64,000 nt of DNA from Lingula anatina. Taxonomy: Eukaryota; Animalia; Brachiopoda. The translations under genes were made by a program, and so were the position numbers. Positions 39,083-54,500 of this stretch are shown here, piece by piece. Every line of letters starts with the position of its first letter. Position 1 is the first letter of the stretch. Under the pieces are notes generated by a model. The model saw nothing but the letters and a program-made list of their open reading frames with translations. It ran no database searches and was not told the origin of the DNA. The stretch covers positions 16,616,001 to 16,680,000 of the forward strand of contig CM120646.1 of NCBI GenBank assembly GCA_051362555.1, given 5' to 3'.

Positions 39083-42000
39083 CTAGAAATACTTGTCGGG
39101 CCACTCCGTGGAGTCCGGGTTATATGCGGGGTTGACGTAGGGGGTCTTGGAGCGAGGGTTGTGGTAAGGGTCATGTCGGGGGTCAAGGTCACGGGGATCT
39201 CGAGGAACAGAAAACTGCCGGTCGTTACGAGGAGGATGGGCGTCCCCGTAACCGTAGCCCCTAATTCGCTCCCCGCCATCTCTACCATATCCTCTCGGCA
39301 CGTCGTAGCCGGTATCTCTTGGGGCCCTATCATCCCTAGAATATCTATCACCCCGCTCACTGGGTCCACCACGCGCGGGTCTCCCATCTCCAGGATATCT
39401 CTCGTAGGGTTCCTTTCCATAACCGTCGTTTCTCTCGCCTTTACCGTACCCTTGTCCGTTCCTGTCGTCTACGGCGTCCCGCCAGTCTTGATCAAATATA
39501 CTACGACTGTCACGATGCCCCGAGCTTTCAGCGGGCCCATCCCTGCCACGTGCCCTTTCTTGCTGCTCCCTATCATCAGATTTGTCGCCGCGGTTTTCAC
39601 CAGTTGGTTGGGGTTTATGGTCATCAAGTTCTTCATACTGTAGTTAAAAAAGTTAAAGCAAAGATAATTCGGGTTTAGGTTATCGAAAGATTAAGAATTT
39701 TTTTGCTCCTGAAAAATGTGAATACGAAGCTTTACACACACCAAAGGTAAAGAAATTCAAAAGTAGGGTCTTAGCACCCAAAAACAATATATCCGGTCAA
39801 GTACAAAATTAATAAATCAACAATTTATCTGCCATCCATTCATTTTGCTAAAAGAATTTCGTAAATTTTATAGACTTTGTTCCAAATCAATTCATACACA
39901 GACCAGCAGTGGTAGGCCTAATATAATTCGCTCACCACCATGTATCATCTTTAAAAGACATTGTTCTGAAAACCGCTCTCCTTGCCTTAATATTATAATA
40001 CACGTGCAACTACAAACTAGACGGATTGAAATGTTAGGTGGAACTGTGACAGCTCCATCTCCCCGGGGACCACAAACTTTTGGATGCCAGATGCATCTTG
40101 TTAGCGTCGCTAATGGAGATAACAATACATCACCCGTATCATCACCTGTATGTCTCTAACCGGGGGATTATGCGTTTATTTCTGTACACTTTCTGGTCAC
40201 GTACTCATTTACCTCATCATCTAAATTGCTTTTGGCGTATTGTTTAGATTGTATAAATGGAAATTACTTCCCTTTTAATTCCATCAGAAGTAAGTAGATA
40301 TTCTAAGAATTGATACATATTTCAGAATATGTGTTAAAAAGGATGAAAACTTCAAAACCCTCCCCGAACAATTCAAAAAGGAAATTAAGTGTATAATCAG
40401 TGACAATTTTTGGTTTTTCCCTACATCTAATAATTCATTTTCCGGGATTAATTCTAACTTGCATTCTGCTAAATTAAATGTGTTTTCATTCAAGACGAAA
40501 TAAATAAGTCATTAGGCGAGATAAAACTGATGTCTTGGTTGAAGAGTGAGACCAACCCTAATTTTTAGGAATTCAAAATTTATTTTAGCACCTATTTTTT
40601 GAATAGAAAAAATAGTGGGCATTAGTGTGGTGAGTGAGAAATCTTAAAGGGACTGACAACTTTTGGGTTATTAAGATAATCTCAGACCCTTGCTTTTAAA
40701 TAAGACGATTACCTAAAAGGAGTCCTGCCCTCGATGCAAAGTCTTTTTTTTTTAAACTAAATCAACCAGTTAAACTGTTCCATTGCAAAACACAATAAAT
40801 ATTTAAAAAGGTAGACACTAGAAACAAGTTAATCATAAATGATAGTGAGTATGTGTCAGTGCAAGTTCTACTTTGCTGAGATGATAGATTGGATTGCGGA
40901 TTGCACGTAATTATTGATTTTGATAACTGCCGAAGCTGTAAAAGTAACAGACCAAATTCATAGTGGCACCTGTTAAATTTGGCCTTGCTTTCCATGACGT
41001 TGTCAAAGATTTCTCTGTCGCCAAGTGCTGCTTTTAATGCCAATCTTTACTATTTGACGTATGCCGCTGTTAAAACACGCTCAATTACAATAGATCATCA
41101 TCTCCTGTGAGAATTTTTTAAGGACACATTTCCGTCATCTGGCCCCTGACAGACAGACAGGCAGACAGACAGACAGATAGACAGACAGATAGATAGATAG
41201 ACAGATGTAGAAAGTTCTCAGAAATGCGATTTCAAACAAGTGCCCAACTGCTAGTACCTCTTGGGATTTGTCGTCCACAATTCCTCCATTCTCGATCATC
41301 TCCGCTCCAAATTTGGGTCTGGGGATGCTGACGTCTGTGTTGTTTCCATAGAAACTGTTATTATACAGGAAAGGCGTCTTGGCGTAGTCTGGGGAAGAGG
41401 ACTTTTTACGGGCAGACCTATTGATAAAAAAGTATTTGTAGAAGTAAAATGGCTAATATTTAACGCCAGCATACACCTATTGTAGTCGATTACAATGGAT
41501 TTATCCTTAACGTTACTAGATTTAGATTTTGTTCGACAAGTTTAGATTAATTTCCCTTCTAAAGACTTTGTGTGAAACAGACACTTGGACTTTAAAGTGT
41601 GCTGGGAAGATGCAGGGAGTCTCTCTAGCAGAGGTTTTCATCCTCTACTACTGCGTTGAGAGATTTTTAGAGAGTCAAGTGAGACATTCAATATCGTTAC
41701 AAGTGCCTTTTTAAAACGTTCTTATCTTCTTCAAAAAGACCAAGTTATCCTAATTAATCTGTTAAGGTTTTTCCGTTTCATTGCAACTCATAGACAAGTT
41801 TCTTGAAGTATATGACAGAGAATTGTTTTTAAATTACTGTTGTTTGTTTTTAAATTCACTAGAGGTGAATGCCCCTCATATTTTAATTCGATGCTACATC
41901 CAAGTACACCCAGTCTCACCAGGTCTACCAGATCCACCTCCACTCCTTGTTTTATCAGAAATGATAATAAAAAAACAACCAAAACCTACGGCCACAGGGC

Positions 42001-45000
42001 ATTTTCAATTTCAGCACCAATTTTATGGAATCAATTACCCTCACACATTCGGACTATTGACAGTGTTGAGGTTTTTAAAAAAGATTTAAAAACATTCTTA
42101 TTTGCACAGTATTTTAATTAATATCTTCTCATTTTATCAGAAAAAAAGTTTTATTGTTCAGACCATTACTATTTTAACCAGTTTTAATTATTTTAATTGT
42201 TTTTTTTTTTTTTTTTTTTTTTATCTTAGCTTTTATTATATATATAATAAGTTGTAATCCTAATAATTTTACCTGTAAACAGCACTGAGACGCTAGTGTA
42301 GTGCGGTTTTAAGAAATAAATATTATTATTATTATTATTATTATATGTGGTGCATGAGATCACAGCGAATGCTTGTGTATGATATCATATGACATGATGT
42401 TGAAACACAAGAAATTCTGTTAAACAATCGAATCGGGATTAAAACAAGGCCCACAGCCAAGCCAAGCCAAGCCAAGCTCCTAGTAGTAAATTTATATGTG
42501 GTGACTTAGCTCTCGCTGGATCCTTGTTAAAAAAGATAAATTTAAAAAAGATATGACATGGTACATAAGGGTAGAAATGCTCACCCCACGCAGGCAGTAA
42601 TCATGCCTATCAGGAAGATGAGGGCCAGGCCTCCAACTCCACCAGCCACAGCATACAGGGTGATAGCTTGAGCTGGAAACAAACAGATGGATTCTTTAAT
42701 TTTTTGTGTAATTCTAGTGACAAATGCGATTGACAATTTCAGTGATGACAAATGTGAATGATATACCTATTATTTACGTTAGTATAATGTAGAAAATATT
42801 CACTGAATGCTGAGAATCAAATGTCCTTTGAAATGAAATGCCATACATATAAGAGAATACTGCCTGCAGTTGAATATGTTAACTAAATATCATAGTACAT
42901 TGAAGGTAACAATAGGCAGTGTGTAGTGTTTAACAATTTTGACAAATCTTTTAGATGTTCCCGTAAAGAGACTATCAGCTGTGTGAGACTATCAGCAAAA
43001 CCAACCAGTAAATTATTACCAGAACATAGCCTTGGACTGTGTGAAAATTTCATAAAAGAATCCAGTTCATACTCACTCTGTGCCTGGCTGTCTGTAGCCT
43101 TACATTCCCTCCCTGTGTAGCCATGCTGACACCTGAAATAGAATGTGTACATAAATAATAATGGTCCACTTTATATCAAATTTTGATCAAGGCTCCATGT
43201 CATTTTTAAATTGATTTTTTAGCACGAAACCTATGTTTTTATTAAAAAAAAAAAAAATAGGTTTCCCGATAAAAGCTCCACTTTTTCAAAAAAATTTTTT
43301 GATAATAAATAACTAAATAAAAAAAATTAAATTGTTGGTTACAGGTCTAGTGACAGTAAGCAGAGGAATGCATTATTGGAATGTTCATACATTTGTATAT
43401 GATGTTTATAATGATGAATTTAATGTGGCAAATGCAAATATGTTTAAAGATGAGAAAAAACTAAAATTTGGTTTGTAGCACTTTCATTCCTTCATATAGG
43501 GTCTATATCTAGAGACAGACTATTGTAAATTGAATCTTAAATATACAGTGAATATTTACATCTTTGTCACAAAGCATTACAAAATAAAACTGATACTTTT
43601 TAAAACAAGCGCATGTTTTAAGGTGTTAGTTTGGACAGCTATGAAGTAGAGGTTGGACATTGTGTTTGGATGTGCAAATTGAGTGTGTTAGTTGAGACAG
43701 TGAGAGCACTGAACACAATCTGTACCTGCAGAAGAAAGTACTTTTATCACGCACACAGGTTCCCTTGTCATTACACGTAACCCCGCTGCAAACATCTGAA
43801 ACATAATGTCACACATTGTATTTAATATCCAGTATACAATGATATTTTATAACATGCACAATAATGTATAAAGAAAGACAAACAAATACACGAATTAAAA
43901 ACAAAAGCCTCATTTCATGCCAGACCCTTACTACTAAAAGTGTTGTGTGCAAATTCACTGATATGTCTTCCCATACCCCTAAATATTAGGACAACATACA
44001 CATATGGCTATAGTGTGGTGGATCTTTTTTTTTTTTTTTGGGGGGGGGGGGGGGTTCAGGGGGATCCTGCCCCCCCCCCCCTTCCCCCCTTTCAAATAAT
44101 CCTTATATTAATTGTTTTATGTATTTAACTATCAGTTAGGCATGGTTATCCTTACCTTTACAATTGCCAGAATCTGGATCTCTGTTTTCGCCATATTTAC
44201 ACTCACACTGGTAGCTGCCTGCGGTGTTGATACATTTGAGTTTTCCACATGTGTGTTTTTCTGTTTTGCACTCATCTATGTCTGTGAAATTAGAAAAAAA
44301 TGAAAGACAACAACAGTATTAATTTAAATGAATGGTTTCTTTGACACTGAAGATATGTTTTCCTTTAACATAGTCAATAAAGTACATCAAAATCAACCAT
44401 ATTGCAAAGCAGTGGCGGATTTTGAGGGGGGGGGGGCAGGGGGATCTTGAGCCCCCCCCCCCCCCCCCCCTTTTGGTTTCTGAACAAAGATGGTTTCTGA
44501 AAAAATCAGACTAATATTCCCCTCTTGGAATTAGAATATATTGACTAGCTGATTTATAGCACTAAACCATACCAAATGGCACAGATGGGGGGGAGGCTTC
44601 GCATCTGTGGACCCCCCCTTCAAATAATCTTGGATCCGCCCCTACAAAGCGTTAAAAGGCTTTTATTTGACAATAGTATTTGCTACTCCCTAAAAGTGAC
44701 TGATATTTTAGAATTTCGGAATTCAGTGTAGCTCTTTCATTCTTTATAATTTTGTTCTATTTTAATTAAAAAGAGAGAATTAACATATATAACATTCAAA
44801 TAAGTCCCCAATAACAGAAAACTTGGGTCAGGCAGATCAGGCAAATTTGACTTTCACTCCTATCAAGTAATAGTTATTAGTGTAATAATAATAGTTATCA
44901 TTGTAATTAATCATAAAGCAGCATTATCCAAACAGTCCAAAGAAAAATGCCATACTCTACAGAATGTAGGTTGTCTTTCATTTGTCAGTTATCTCTAATC

Positions 45001-48000
45001 CCTCACAGTTGCTATCATATCTCAGTAAAAATCCCCCCCCTACAAATTAAAAGTACATTCAGCAAAGCAAACCATGGGTAGGTTACATACCTTTACATGC
45101 ACCAATTATCCTTTGTTCCCCAGGGTACCTCTCAAATCCAGGCTTACAGTTGCAAAAGTAATTGCCAGCTGTAATATTTCCACTGCATGTGGTTGTCTCT
45201 AGATCACATGGTAAATAATCTTTGCAAAAATTCACATCTGAAATTCAAATGAGTCAATATCATTTTAACTGTTGTTATTCACTATTACATGCTGACAAGA
45301 TCCCCCCCCCCCCCCCATGCATGCAAATTATCAATAAGAGTTTTTACTTAATTATGAGCAGTGTAATTTTAAAACAGATCACCTCGTAGGAGTGTAATAC
45401 ATGTACATATTATGTGTTTCAGATTGTGTTTGACATTACTTTCACGTTAGATAGAGGACATTTGACATACATGTATGTAGCTGCATACAGTTAATTTTAA
45501 TTAATTAAAAAATATAATTATACAATAATGTTACTCACCTCTTGTTTTCAGTGAATCCAACAAAAATCCAGTAATATTGCCAAAGGTACAAGATGCATTA
45601 CCATCTGTACAATTGGTTATATCTTTAATTATCTCTTGCAATTTTTTACTGAATTCTGTGGCATTACTTGTTTGATTGACAAAGTACAGAATGAAGTCCA
45701 CAATCAAACTGCCTTGTCTGAAATTCATTTATTAAATCAATATAATTCATTCTTTACTGTATCAAGGCAAATAGTAAAAGAAGGCACTGATGACAGATAC
45801 TTAAAAAAAAAAAATTAAAAACTTTAAAGCTACAAACACTTAATATAGACAAAGGAAAGCACTTTTGCTTTCCACATAATCATTTTTTTTTTCACAATTC
45901 AATCCCGTCATGCCTTAGATCTAAAATATGATACATTGAAAAGAGCCAAATTTTTGACAACTCATGGACTCAGATGGGGATAGGGAGAGTTGATAATGAA
46001 GGTGCTTACCTCAAATTTGTCACTTTCACAGCAGATATACTGTCATTTCCCACAAATGTCTGTTTTAGCTGCAAAATTAGGATGATAAAATTATGAGCTC
46101 AGGTCGTGACTTATTGTCAGTGATACTAATGTTGGTGTCTGAAAATGAACTCATGCTTTTTTATTCATTACATTAATGTAGTGTCACAAAGAGATCACAT
46201 GATAATATGTCCTAGAATATATTTAATTCTCTACAGATGTCATATCACTGGCAGATCCAAGAGATCAAGACAGTATGGGAGGGGGCATTGCCTGCATCCC
46301 TATTTTGGACAAAATATTTAAAATTATAAGTGCAGACTGGAGCATACTAGTATGTGCATGGGAAAAATACTCTTCTTTCCTTTTGTGAGGGTATTGTGGC
46401 TGTCTCTGGATCCATCAGAATCAAACACATCTGTTATTTTATATTAACAAGAGCGTGCAGTCTGTGTATACTGGTAGGATTATAGTTTCTATATATACTT
46501 GTACACACAGCATTTTTCTTTTATAATTATCAATAAGAAAATGACATGACCTAAATTACTTACTTGAATCTCGACATTTTTAATGACTTCTGTTTTGTAA
46601 TATTTAGCATCTGGAGAGTTTGGATCTCCAAAAATGAGAGCAGAGTTAACTGGTGTGTTTCCGACTGTTATTTCCTCAAATTTTAACTCTGCCTTTAACT
46701 GCTGCGTTGCTGGAAGGAAAAATTGGTGTTAACACATTGCAGAACATGGAATCTGTTTTGTGCATCCTTTATTACCCTTGGTGCATTCATGAAAAATAAT
46801 GATAATTTCTCGTTATAACTCAAATTACCATTATTTCTATTCAAAGTGTTTCACAAATAAAGAGGTTAAAATATCTCCTTTATAACATGGTGTACAAGGT
46901 GAAACTCTCAGTAGCAACTGTCCCAAGGTTGAATTGATGAAAACAATTATATCTTTGTATCAAGCCTAACAAGTTTTTAAAAATTATCTTAGGTATTATT
47001 TTTGTTTTGCAAATTGCTGTAATATTTCCACTGGTTACTGTAGATTACGTATATTATGTATATAATGTAACTATGAAACATGTAATTGCATTTACGTTTG
47101 TAAGACTGATATCACATAAGTATGATAATAGGTCTAGATATATATTACATGTATGTATAACACAAGTAGTTTAGAGGGCCTGTAAAATGTACTGAAACAT
47201 TTTAGTGCTCAATAAATTATTATTATTATTATTATAAAAATGATATCTTGATTGTAAGAATGTTCTTACGTTTCTTGCACACATCTGTATCATTCTCCTT
47301 AAAGTAAGCAGGCAGACATAGACATTCATGGCCTCCAATGGTGTTTTTACAATATGCCAATGGATCCTCACAAGGGTTGCTTTTACATTCATCAATTTCT
47401 GCAATGTTCAGGAATTGTTTAAATGTTTAATTGAAAATAAATTCTACAGCAATCTGATAATTATTGAATGAGGGCATATGTCATGCTTTGTTTAACTTTA
47501 TAGGAAGTTGCTTTTGAATGTGCCGGAATATCTAAAAAGCACATAAACATGCACGTGCATACACTTACACACATTAACATCCATGCTGTGCAGGGATGTT
47601 TTTAACATATAAATTATCTTTATGAAAGAGAGATGGAGGGTATGAATTTGTGTGTGGTCCTGAGCATGAGCATATATGTGGGAAGTAAATTTCTTTGTGT
47701 CTATGATATTTTGTGTTAACCAACCTGATTCACAGTGTCTTCCTGTTAACCCTGAGACACATTCACATTCATATCCATTAACTTTGTCTCTGCAAGTACC
47801 TCCATTTTCACAAGGATTGGTTGAGCACTCATCAATATCTGTTGAGACAAAAGATATGCTTTAACACTTATGTGATTATCATTACTGTTATCATTATCTA
47901 TAACATGTTGATAATAACAGTCATAATGATATTACATGCAACAGTAGCATAAATCATTTAAATGCCATTCCAAGAATAAATCCTAAATAACTGCTTTAAA

Positions 48001-48460
48001 CATGAACAGCATTTTTATAATTTATATAAGCAAAGGGTTAATTTCATACTCTCATGGTCTCTTATGACTCTGATATTTATAAAGATGTACCTGAAGAGCA
48101 GTTTCCACCTGTGAATCCAGGTATACATTCACACACTCCCCCAACACAGGTGCCATTGACACATTTGGCAATGCATGGGTCCACTGAAAGAAGAAGATAA
48201 AGTTGACTACTTGTAATACAGATTAATTCTGAATTGAAATTAAGACTAAAAAATTGGTCTGAAATAAAAGACCAATGTTCTGCCAGTTAAAAAAGGGATA
48301 ACATCAAATGCAGCAGTACAAAAACTGCCAATATATATGGCCATAATTTACAGTTGCTGTAAGGGCAACAGGTACAGTACATGTGGTGACTGGAACAGTC
48401 TCAATGCTGATCAACCTAGAGAACACCTGATTTATTGAATTATTCTTTCAGTAATTGTTT

Positions 48461-48520
<60 letters not shown>

Positions 48521-51500
48521 ATATTGCCATATAAAATATCAAATGGGGCTGTTCAAAAATGGTGCAGTACAGATATGAATGGCCAAAATTTACAGTCACT
48601 GTTAGGGCAACAGTTACAGTACATGTGGTGGTTAGAACAGTCTTAATGCAGATCAACCTCAGGTCATAAGACCTGAATTATGGAATAATTCTTCTGGCAA
48701 TTTTTGAAAAATAAATAAGCTGGTAAATAATTACATTGAAAAATATATTGTACAAAATTTGATAAAAACATACACACACAAACAAATAAGTATATGCTTC
48801 AAGTTATCAAAAAAAAAACAAACTTAAAGGGACTTTTATTCAGACTGACCCATGATCTCATTTAATGTAACATTAAAAGAAGTAAAAAATCGTGACATAA
48901 TAAACTTCATACTTAAGTACTTAAGAGTAAATAAGGGTAAACCAACACCCACATTTAAAATGTTTTCATTTCCAAATGAAGCAGAAAAGCTTTTTGCACT
49001 GCACCAGTTAATGTCCTAAGGCAAGCATTTAGTCTCCCCATTAAATTAATGCCATTCTTAATGTGCTCTTGAAAATAAAGGCAGGTCACATAAAATTGTT
49101 GGATATATTCAATCACCAAAAACACAGTAAAATATAGAAACACTTTTTGACAATGTGCCTCCAAATTATGTATTTATACAAATTACAATAATCTAACAGG
49201 AGATCATTTTGGAGCAAGATGACTATATCATATGAATTCCCAATCTTTGCTTATTTAATTTTATACATTTTTATACATTGACCAAGCCTTTTTGTGAGAG
49301 AAGGAAAGGCAACATCATTTATTTTATTTTTCCACTTTTTATTTTTATTCTTTTTTATGATTCCTTAAATGGTAAAATGTTTTATCTCCAAGGGGTTGGG
49401 ATAATTCAATAATGATCAGTTATTTTTAAAAACTTTTTGGTAATTTTAATTAAAATATTAATGTGGTTGATTCAAATTGATTCACCTTAGATATTAATAT
49501 ATGTTGACTGCATATCCATAAGATAAAGGTTTAGATCAGACTTCAAGAAAATAGCTTTATATTGAATAAAAAACTGTCCAAAACAAGACAAAAATTAATA
49601 GATTACCAATGTAAGCTACACATTAACAAAGTTACAAATTCCCATCCAAGAACTGTCAACAAATAAATGGTAAACCAACCATTTGAACATTGCTCTAAGA
49701 CTTGGTGTTCCTGCCCTAAATCAGTTTGCAAGATATAGGGAGCATTTACACATGCAGGCCAACTGGTCCATCAGGTTTGAACAAGTTTTATGCTAGGATA
49801 TTTATTTTAAAATATGAATCCATCTGCATCATTATTCAAGTAAATGTAGTGCCAGAACTTCCTTTGAAAAAAATTGCTTCATGCATATTTTTTCTGTACA
49901 AATCTGTCTCAAAACCGTTACGAACCAGGCTTGTTTTATGAGTGCACCAGTCTTTGGTGATGTGGAAATGTGCCTTTTGTTCTGAATAGGTGTAAATATC
50001 CTTATCAGTTAACCCAGACTCTGTGCTGTTTGCCTAGTGTAGCTCACACCCATTTCATCTATAATGGTCTGATACAAGGCTGCCAATTCTGCACACTAAC
50101 CCATAGGCTATACAACTTGAAAAGAAGTACATGAATTTTTAAGTGTTTTTATTCTTCTTATTCTGTTATGAACACAATATTTTCAAATTCTAAAAGCTGT
50201 AATTCTGCTTGTCCTTCAGTACCAAAGAATCTGAAGGTGGATACCATAAAATTTTTAAAAAAGCAACAAAGTATTGCCCACATAATAAAAAAATTGTGTT
50301 CATGAAAGTTATCATGATTAATTGACCTGCTGAAATTAAATGGGCATTAATTTAAAGAAATTAATCTAAAAGTTTGCAGTATAGAGATTACTACATGGAC
50401 ATGCTCATGTATGACCTAGCTAGGACTTAATGAAGAAAGTAAATGTAAGCAACACTGAGGCAAAATACTGGTACCAGTACATATGTCCATGTAAACACAT
50501 GAATAAATAGGAGACTTTTGGATTTATTTATTACTGTAAGAAACCAAAGTCTGATTTGCATTTTAGTAAAAAAAAAGAAACTTGTCTGTTTCTGAAATGT
50601 TAATTGAAACATGACAAGTTCATTTATATTAATTGACTATTAAAAATCGAAAGTGTAATTTTTATTTTTGGTGTAAAAAGGAAATGATACTTCCTTCTGT
50701 CTCCAATTAAAATTTTGTTTGCAAAAGTATACAAAATTATCAGCATTTTTAAAAGTTTAAAACGGCTGTGTTCAAAACAGCGGACTAACAGCGCATTCCC
50801 AGAGATTTAGATTGATCCAACTAGATCAACCTAATTCCCTGGGGGTTCACGCTAAATTACTGTCAGCCGACTCAGTTAATTACCTCTTTACAGCTTTTAG
50901 TAGGCGGGACAGACATTTAAGCCAGCTAAACTGACAGTAATCTAGTGAGACTCCCCACGGGGATAGATCGATCTAAAATCTGTGGGAATGGGGTCTAAGT
51001 AGTCTGTGGATTAAATATGCAACAAGCATTCAAGTGGGCTGGGCATATTTGATCTGCAGACTAGTTAGTTCACACTGGTGTGAATATATGGCCTTAGAGT
51101 GCATTAAGAATAACAGACTAACAGAATTGCTGATCAAATATGGTGACCCACTAAAAAACTTGTTTCTTAATTCCTGATTAGACACTGAATAGATTCCCTG
51201 CAAGGATTATCAACAAGCATTCAAGTGGGTCGCCATATTTGATCGATGGATCTGTTAGTCTGTTAGGATTAGACACTGAATAGATTCCCCGCAAGGATTA
51301 TCAACAAGCATTCAAGTGGGTCGCCATATTTGATCTGTGGATCTGTTAGTCTGTTAGGATTAGACACTGAATAGATTCCCCGCAAGGATTATCAACAAGC
51401 ATTCAAGTGGGTCGCCATATTTGATCCGTGGATCTGTTAGTCCTATGTTCTGAATACCCTTTTAGTCACATGTCCAAGGCAGCATATATCATTCCCCACT

Positions 51501-54500
51501 CCCAACTGATTAATTAGTCATAAATCCTGCTGTCCCATTCATGTGATATCAGATAACAAACATTCCAGAACTACACAGCATCCTACTTGATTCAATAAAA
51601 AGATTAAATCAAAAAGAGGCAGAGGAAAAAGGTAATTATATTTTTTCACCATGGAGATCAATAGTTTTCTTATCACGTCTTGGTTGACCCAAGTGGGGAG
51701 GTACGTGTGCTGTGGAAAATACTTCCTTGTTCTTGACACGTCTGGTTTGATGATTTATTGACTGGATGATATGGCTGAGGTATAAAATGCTGAATTTAAG
51801 ACCACAGTGTACAGTTACACCCACCCACCCCTTTAGATTCAGAATTTGCTAGTAGACTTTTCTAAAAAAATTATTAAATACAATCAAATGGGAATGGCAA
51901 GTAAAAGGAGACAATACCAAACAAATTCTTCATCCCTGTTCCCTCGTAGTATACTCTCTGTCAAACATTTTACATAAGCAAAGATGTCAAGCATTGTGAA
52001 GCAGGTTATTCTTATATCTGTGCCCCACCCCAACACATCCTTTCTATTATCATCCTCTATTATCAATAATTCCATACATCACAAACATAAGTCTGAGGTC
52101 CACAAACTTAAGGTAACTTGTTTGTGTCAGTATGTAGGTTGACTTCGGTCTCTTTCATCACTTACAATCTGAATCTCAAAGTTGTTTATGGGTAAAGTCC
52201 TGTGTGAGGCAATGTACATTGTCTTTTTTATGTTTTATGACAATACACAAGCTCAACATTGTGGAGATTTTCAGTTTTTTTATTATTATTTTACTCAAAG
52301 AAAGAGAGGTCTAGCCATGACATAAATGTATTGAATTTTCGTTAATTCTTTCTTGTGGTGCATTTGTCAATACCAATTAAATTAAATTATTCATAACTTT
52401 CATTTTGTTTAGGTACATGTAACTTATCAACTTAATCACTCTGAAGTGCTAATTCTGAGAACTCACATGTAAGGCAACTTTAGGGAGGTGGCCATTAATG
52501 TATGTAAATACTTATCTTATTTCTTAAAAGGTTTAAATTTCTCTTAGCATAACCCCATTAAGATGATAATTCAGTACAATCACTGGATGTCTACTTAAGA
52601 AAAGTAACCAATTGTAGCGTGATAATACAGTAGCTAAAAACAGAGTGTAATAAGTATGGACTGTTCAAAATGGTCTCACAAAACATGACAAATTCTTGAG
52701 AGACAAGAGTTCTTGCTTCAGTCACAATATTCCTCTTCAAGTGTTGTTGTTATTATGTATCAAATTCAAATAAAATGATAATAAACAAATAGATATGTAA
52801 ATCAATAATATTCTGAATTAAAAAATCATGACATTCTCCAAAACAATATTTTTTAGTTATGCATAAAAAGATATTTGAATGAAGATGTTTTTAATATTTG
52901 ATACTTATATATTTAAGGGAATTTAGGTCAGAAAGAATATTTTTGTTAGTAACTTAAAAACTATACATCTTTAAAAAGTACTTGAATGAGGGAGGTGTTT
53001 GAAAATTTCAACAATCTACATTATATTTCAAATTTTTGAATGAAAAATTTTAAGATTGAAGCTAGAACTCAGATATCATACTCCATCCTCTAGAGTAGAT
53101 TACTCGGGATAAACATAGTACATGTACTTGAGCTGAGTAGGACACAATGGGATATGATAATCTGGCTGTAAGTATGACTGAAGGATTATCATTTGAAAAC
53201 TCATTACTAACCACTTGAACTGTAACAGCTAACATTTAGCTGTAGAATGGAGAGTCCTTGTATCTCTCTTTTCTAATACGTTTTCATCTATCTTTTACCT
53301 TTTAAAATTAAAATCATGTCAGAATGTAATTGTTCACCCCCAGAAACACAAAGAAATGTAAAAAGTATTAATCAAGCTTTGTTTTTTTCAAAATGACTGA
53401 GTTGAAAGAATAACTGTACATGTAATTATAATTTACCTGTGCTCTCTGCAGCCACAGAAGTTGATGGTGACTTGGTTGTTGAACCTATTGAGGTATCACT
53501 AGCAGTAGGGCCTATATTTTAAAATAAACTTGTTTTAATAATATTAGAAGGGAGCTTTGGGAAAATGTTTTATCCGTCCAAGACAGGCCAATAGCTGGAA
53601 AAAAGGTCTGCTCTGGAAAAATTTTAATATACAAAGGTTTCATGGTAAAATGTCTACTTTTTCAGAAAAAGAACCCCTTTCAAAATTGTTGGCTATAGAT
53701 CTTGCAAGATATAAAGCATTAATTTTGGTACTTTAAAACATAATAATACCTTCAGATCATGTAAAAAAAAGGCATCTGTCACTAAAGTGTAAAAGTTCTC
53801 CCCACACACATAAAAAGAAAAAATTAGCTAAAATTTGTTTTCCCAAAATGATTGAGTTCAAAGACTTTTACCTGTGCTATCCAAACCATTAGTAGCTGAT
53901 GATGGTGGGGTTGATGGACCTATGGAGGTCTCACTGGGAGTAGAACCTAATGATAAAATAAATCAATGTTATTTTCATTTATGATTTTAAATTGCGTTTT
54001 AATGCATGAAATTTTAAAACATCTGACATAGAGGAATCTATTTCCCATGATAATTTTCAGTTACTAATTAAAAAGTTTATATTTTTTAACTAATTACATT
54101 ATATTTCAAATTTTGAATGAAAAATTTCAAGATTGAAACAAGAACTCTGATACAATATACTCCATAATACTCCATCCTCCAGAGTACATTACTCGGGATA
54201 AACATAGTACATGTACTTGAGGTGAGTGAGACACAATGGGACATGATAATCTGCCTGTAAGTACGTCTGAAGGATTATCATATCAAAACTCATTACAAAC
54301 CATTTAAACTGTAACAGCTAACATTTAGCTGTAGAATGGAGAGTGCTTGTATCTCTCCTTTCTGTGATATATTTTCATCTACATGCTTTAATTTGCTATA
54401 ATTATTTGATTATATAGGAAAAGTCTTATGTTCCACATTTTGAACTTTTTAATTTAGAATAAGGTATCATTAATCAATTTTAAAATTACAGCTTTCAGAT

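Noticed and set aside
39161-39643. 160-aa plus-strand ORF
   Set aside because: Antisense shadow of the GC-rich last exon of the mucin receptor.
45758-45799. Apparent extra SEA exon (YLSSVPSFTICLDT)
   Set aside because: It would need a 40-nt intron and has the wrong phase; exon 46068-46010 fits properly.
49680-52230. Coding-looking patches in the long intron of the mucin receptor
   Set aside because: Multiple stops in all frames and no motif I can identify; probably old repeat debris.
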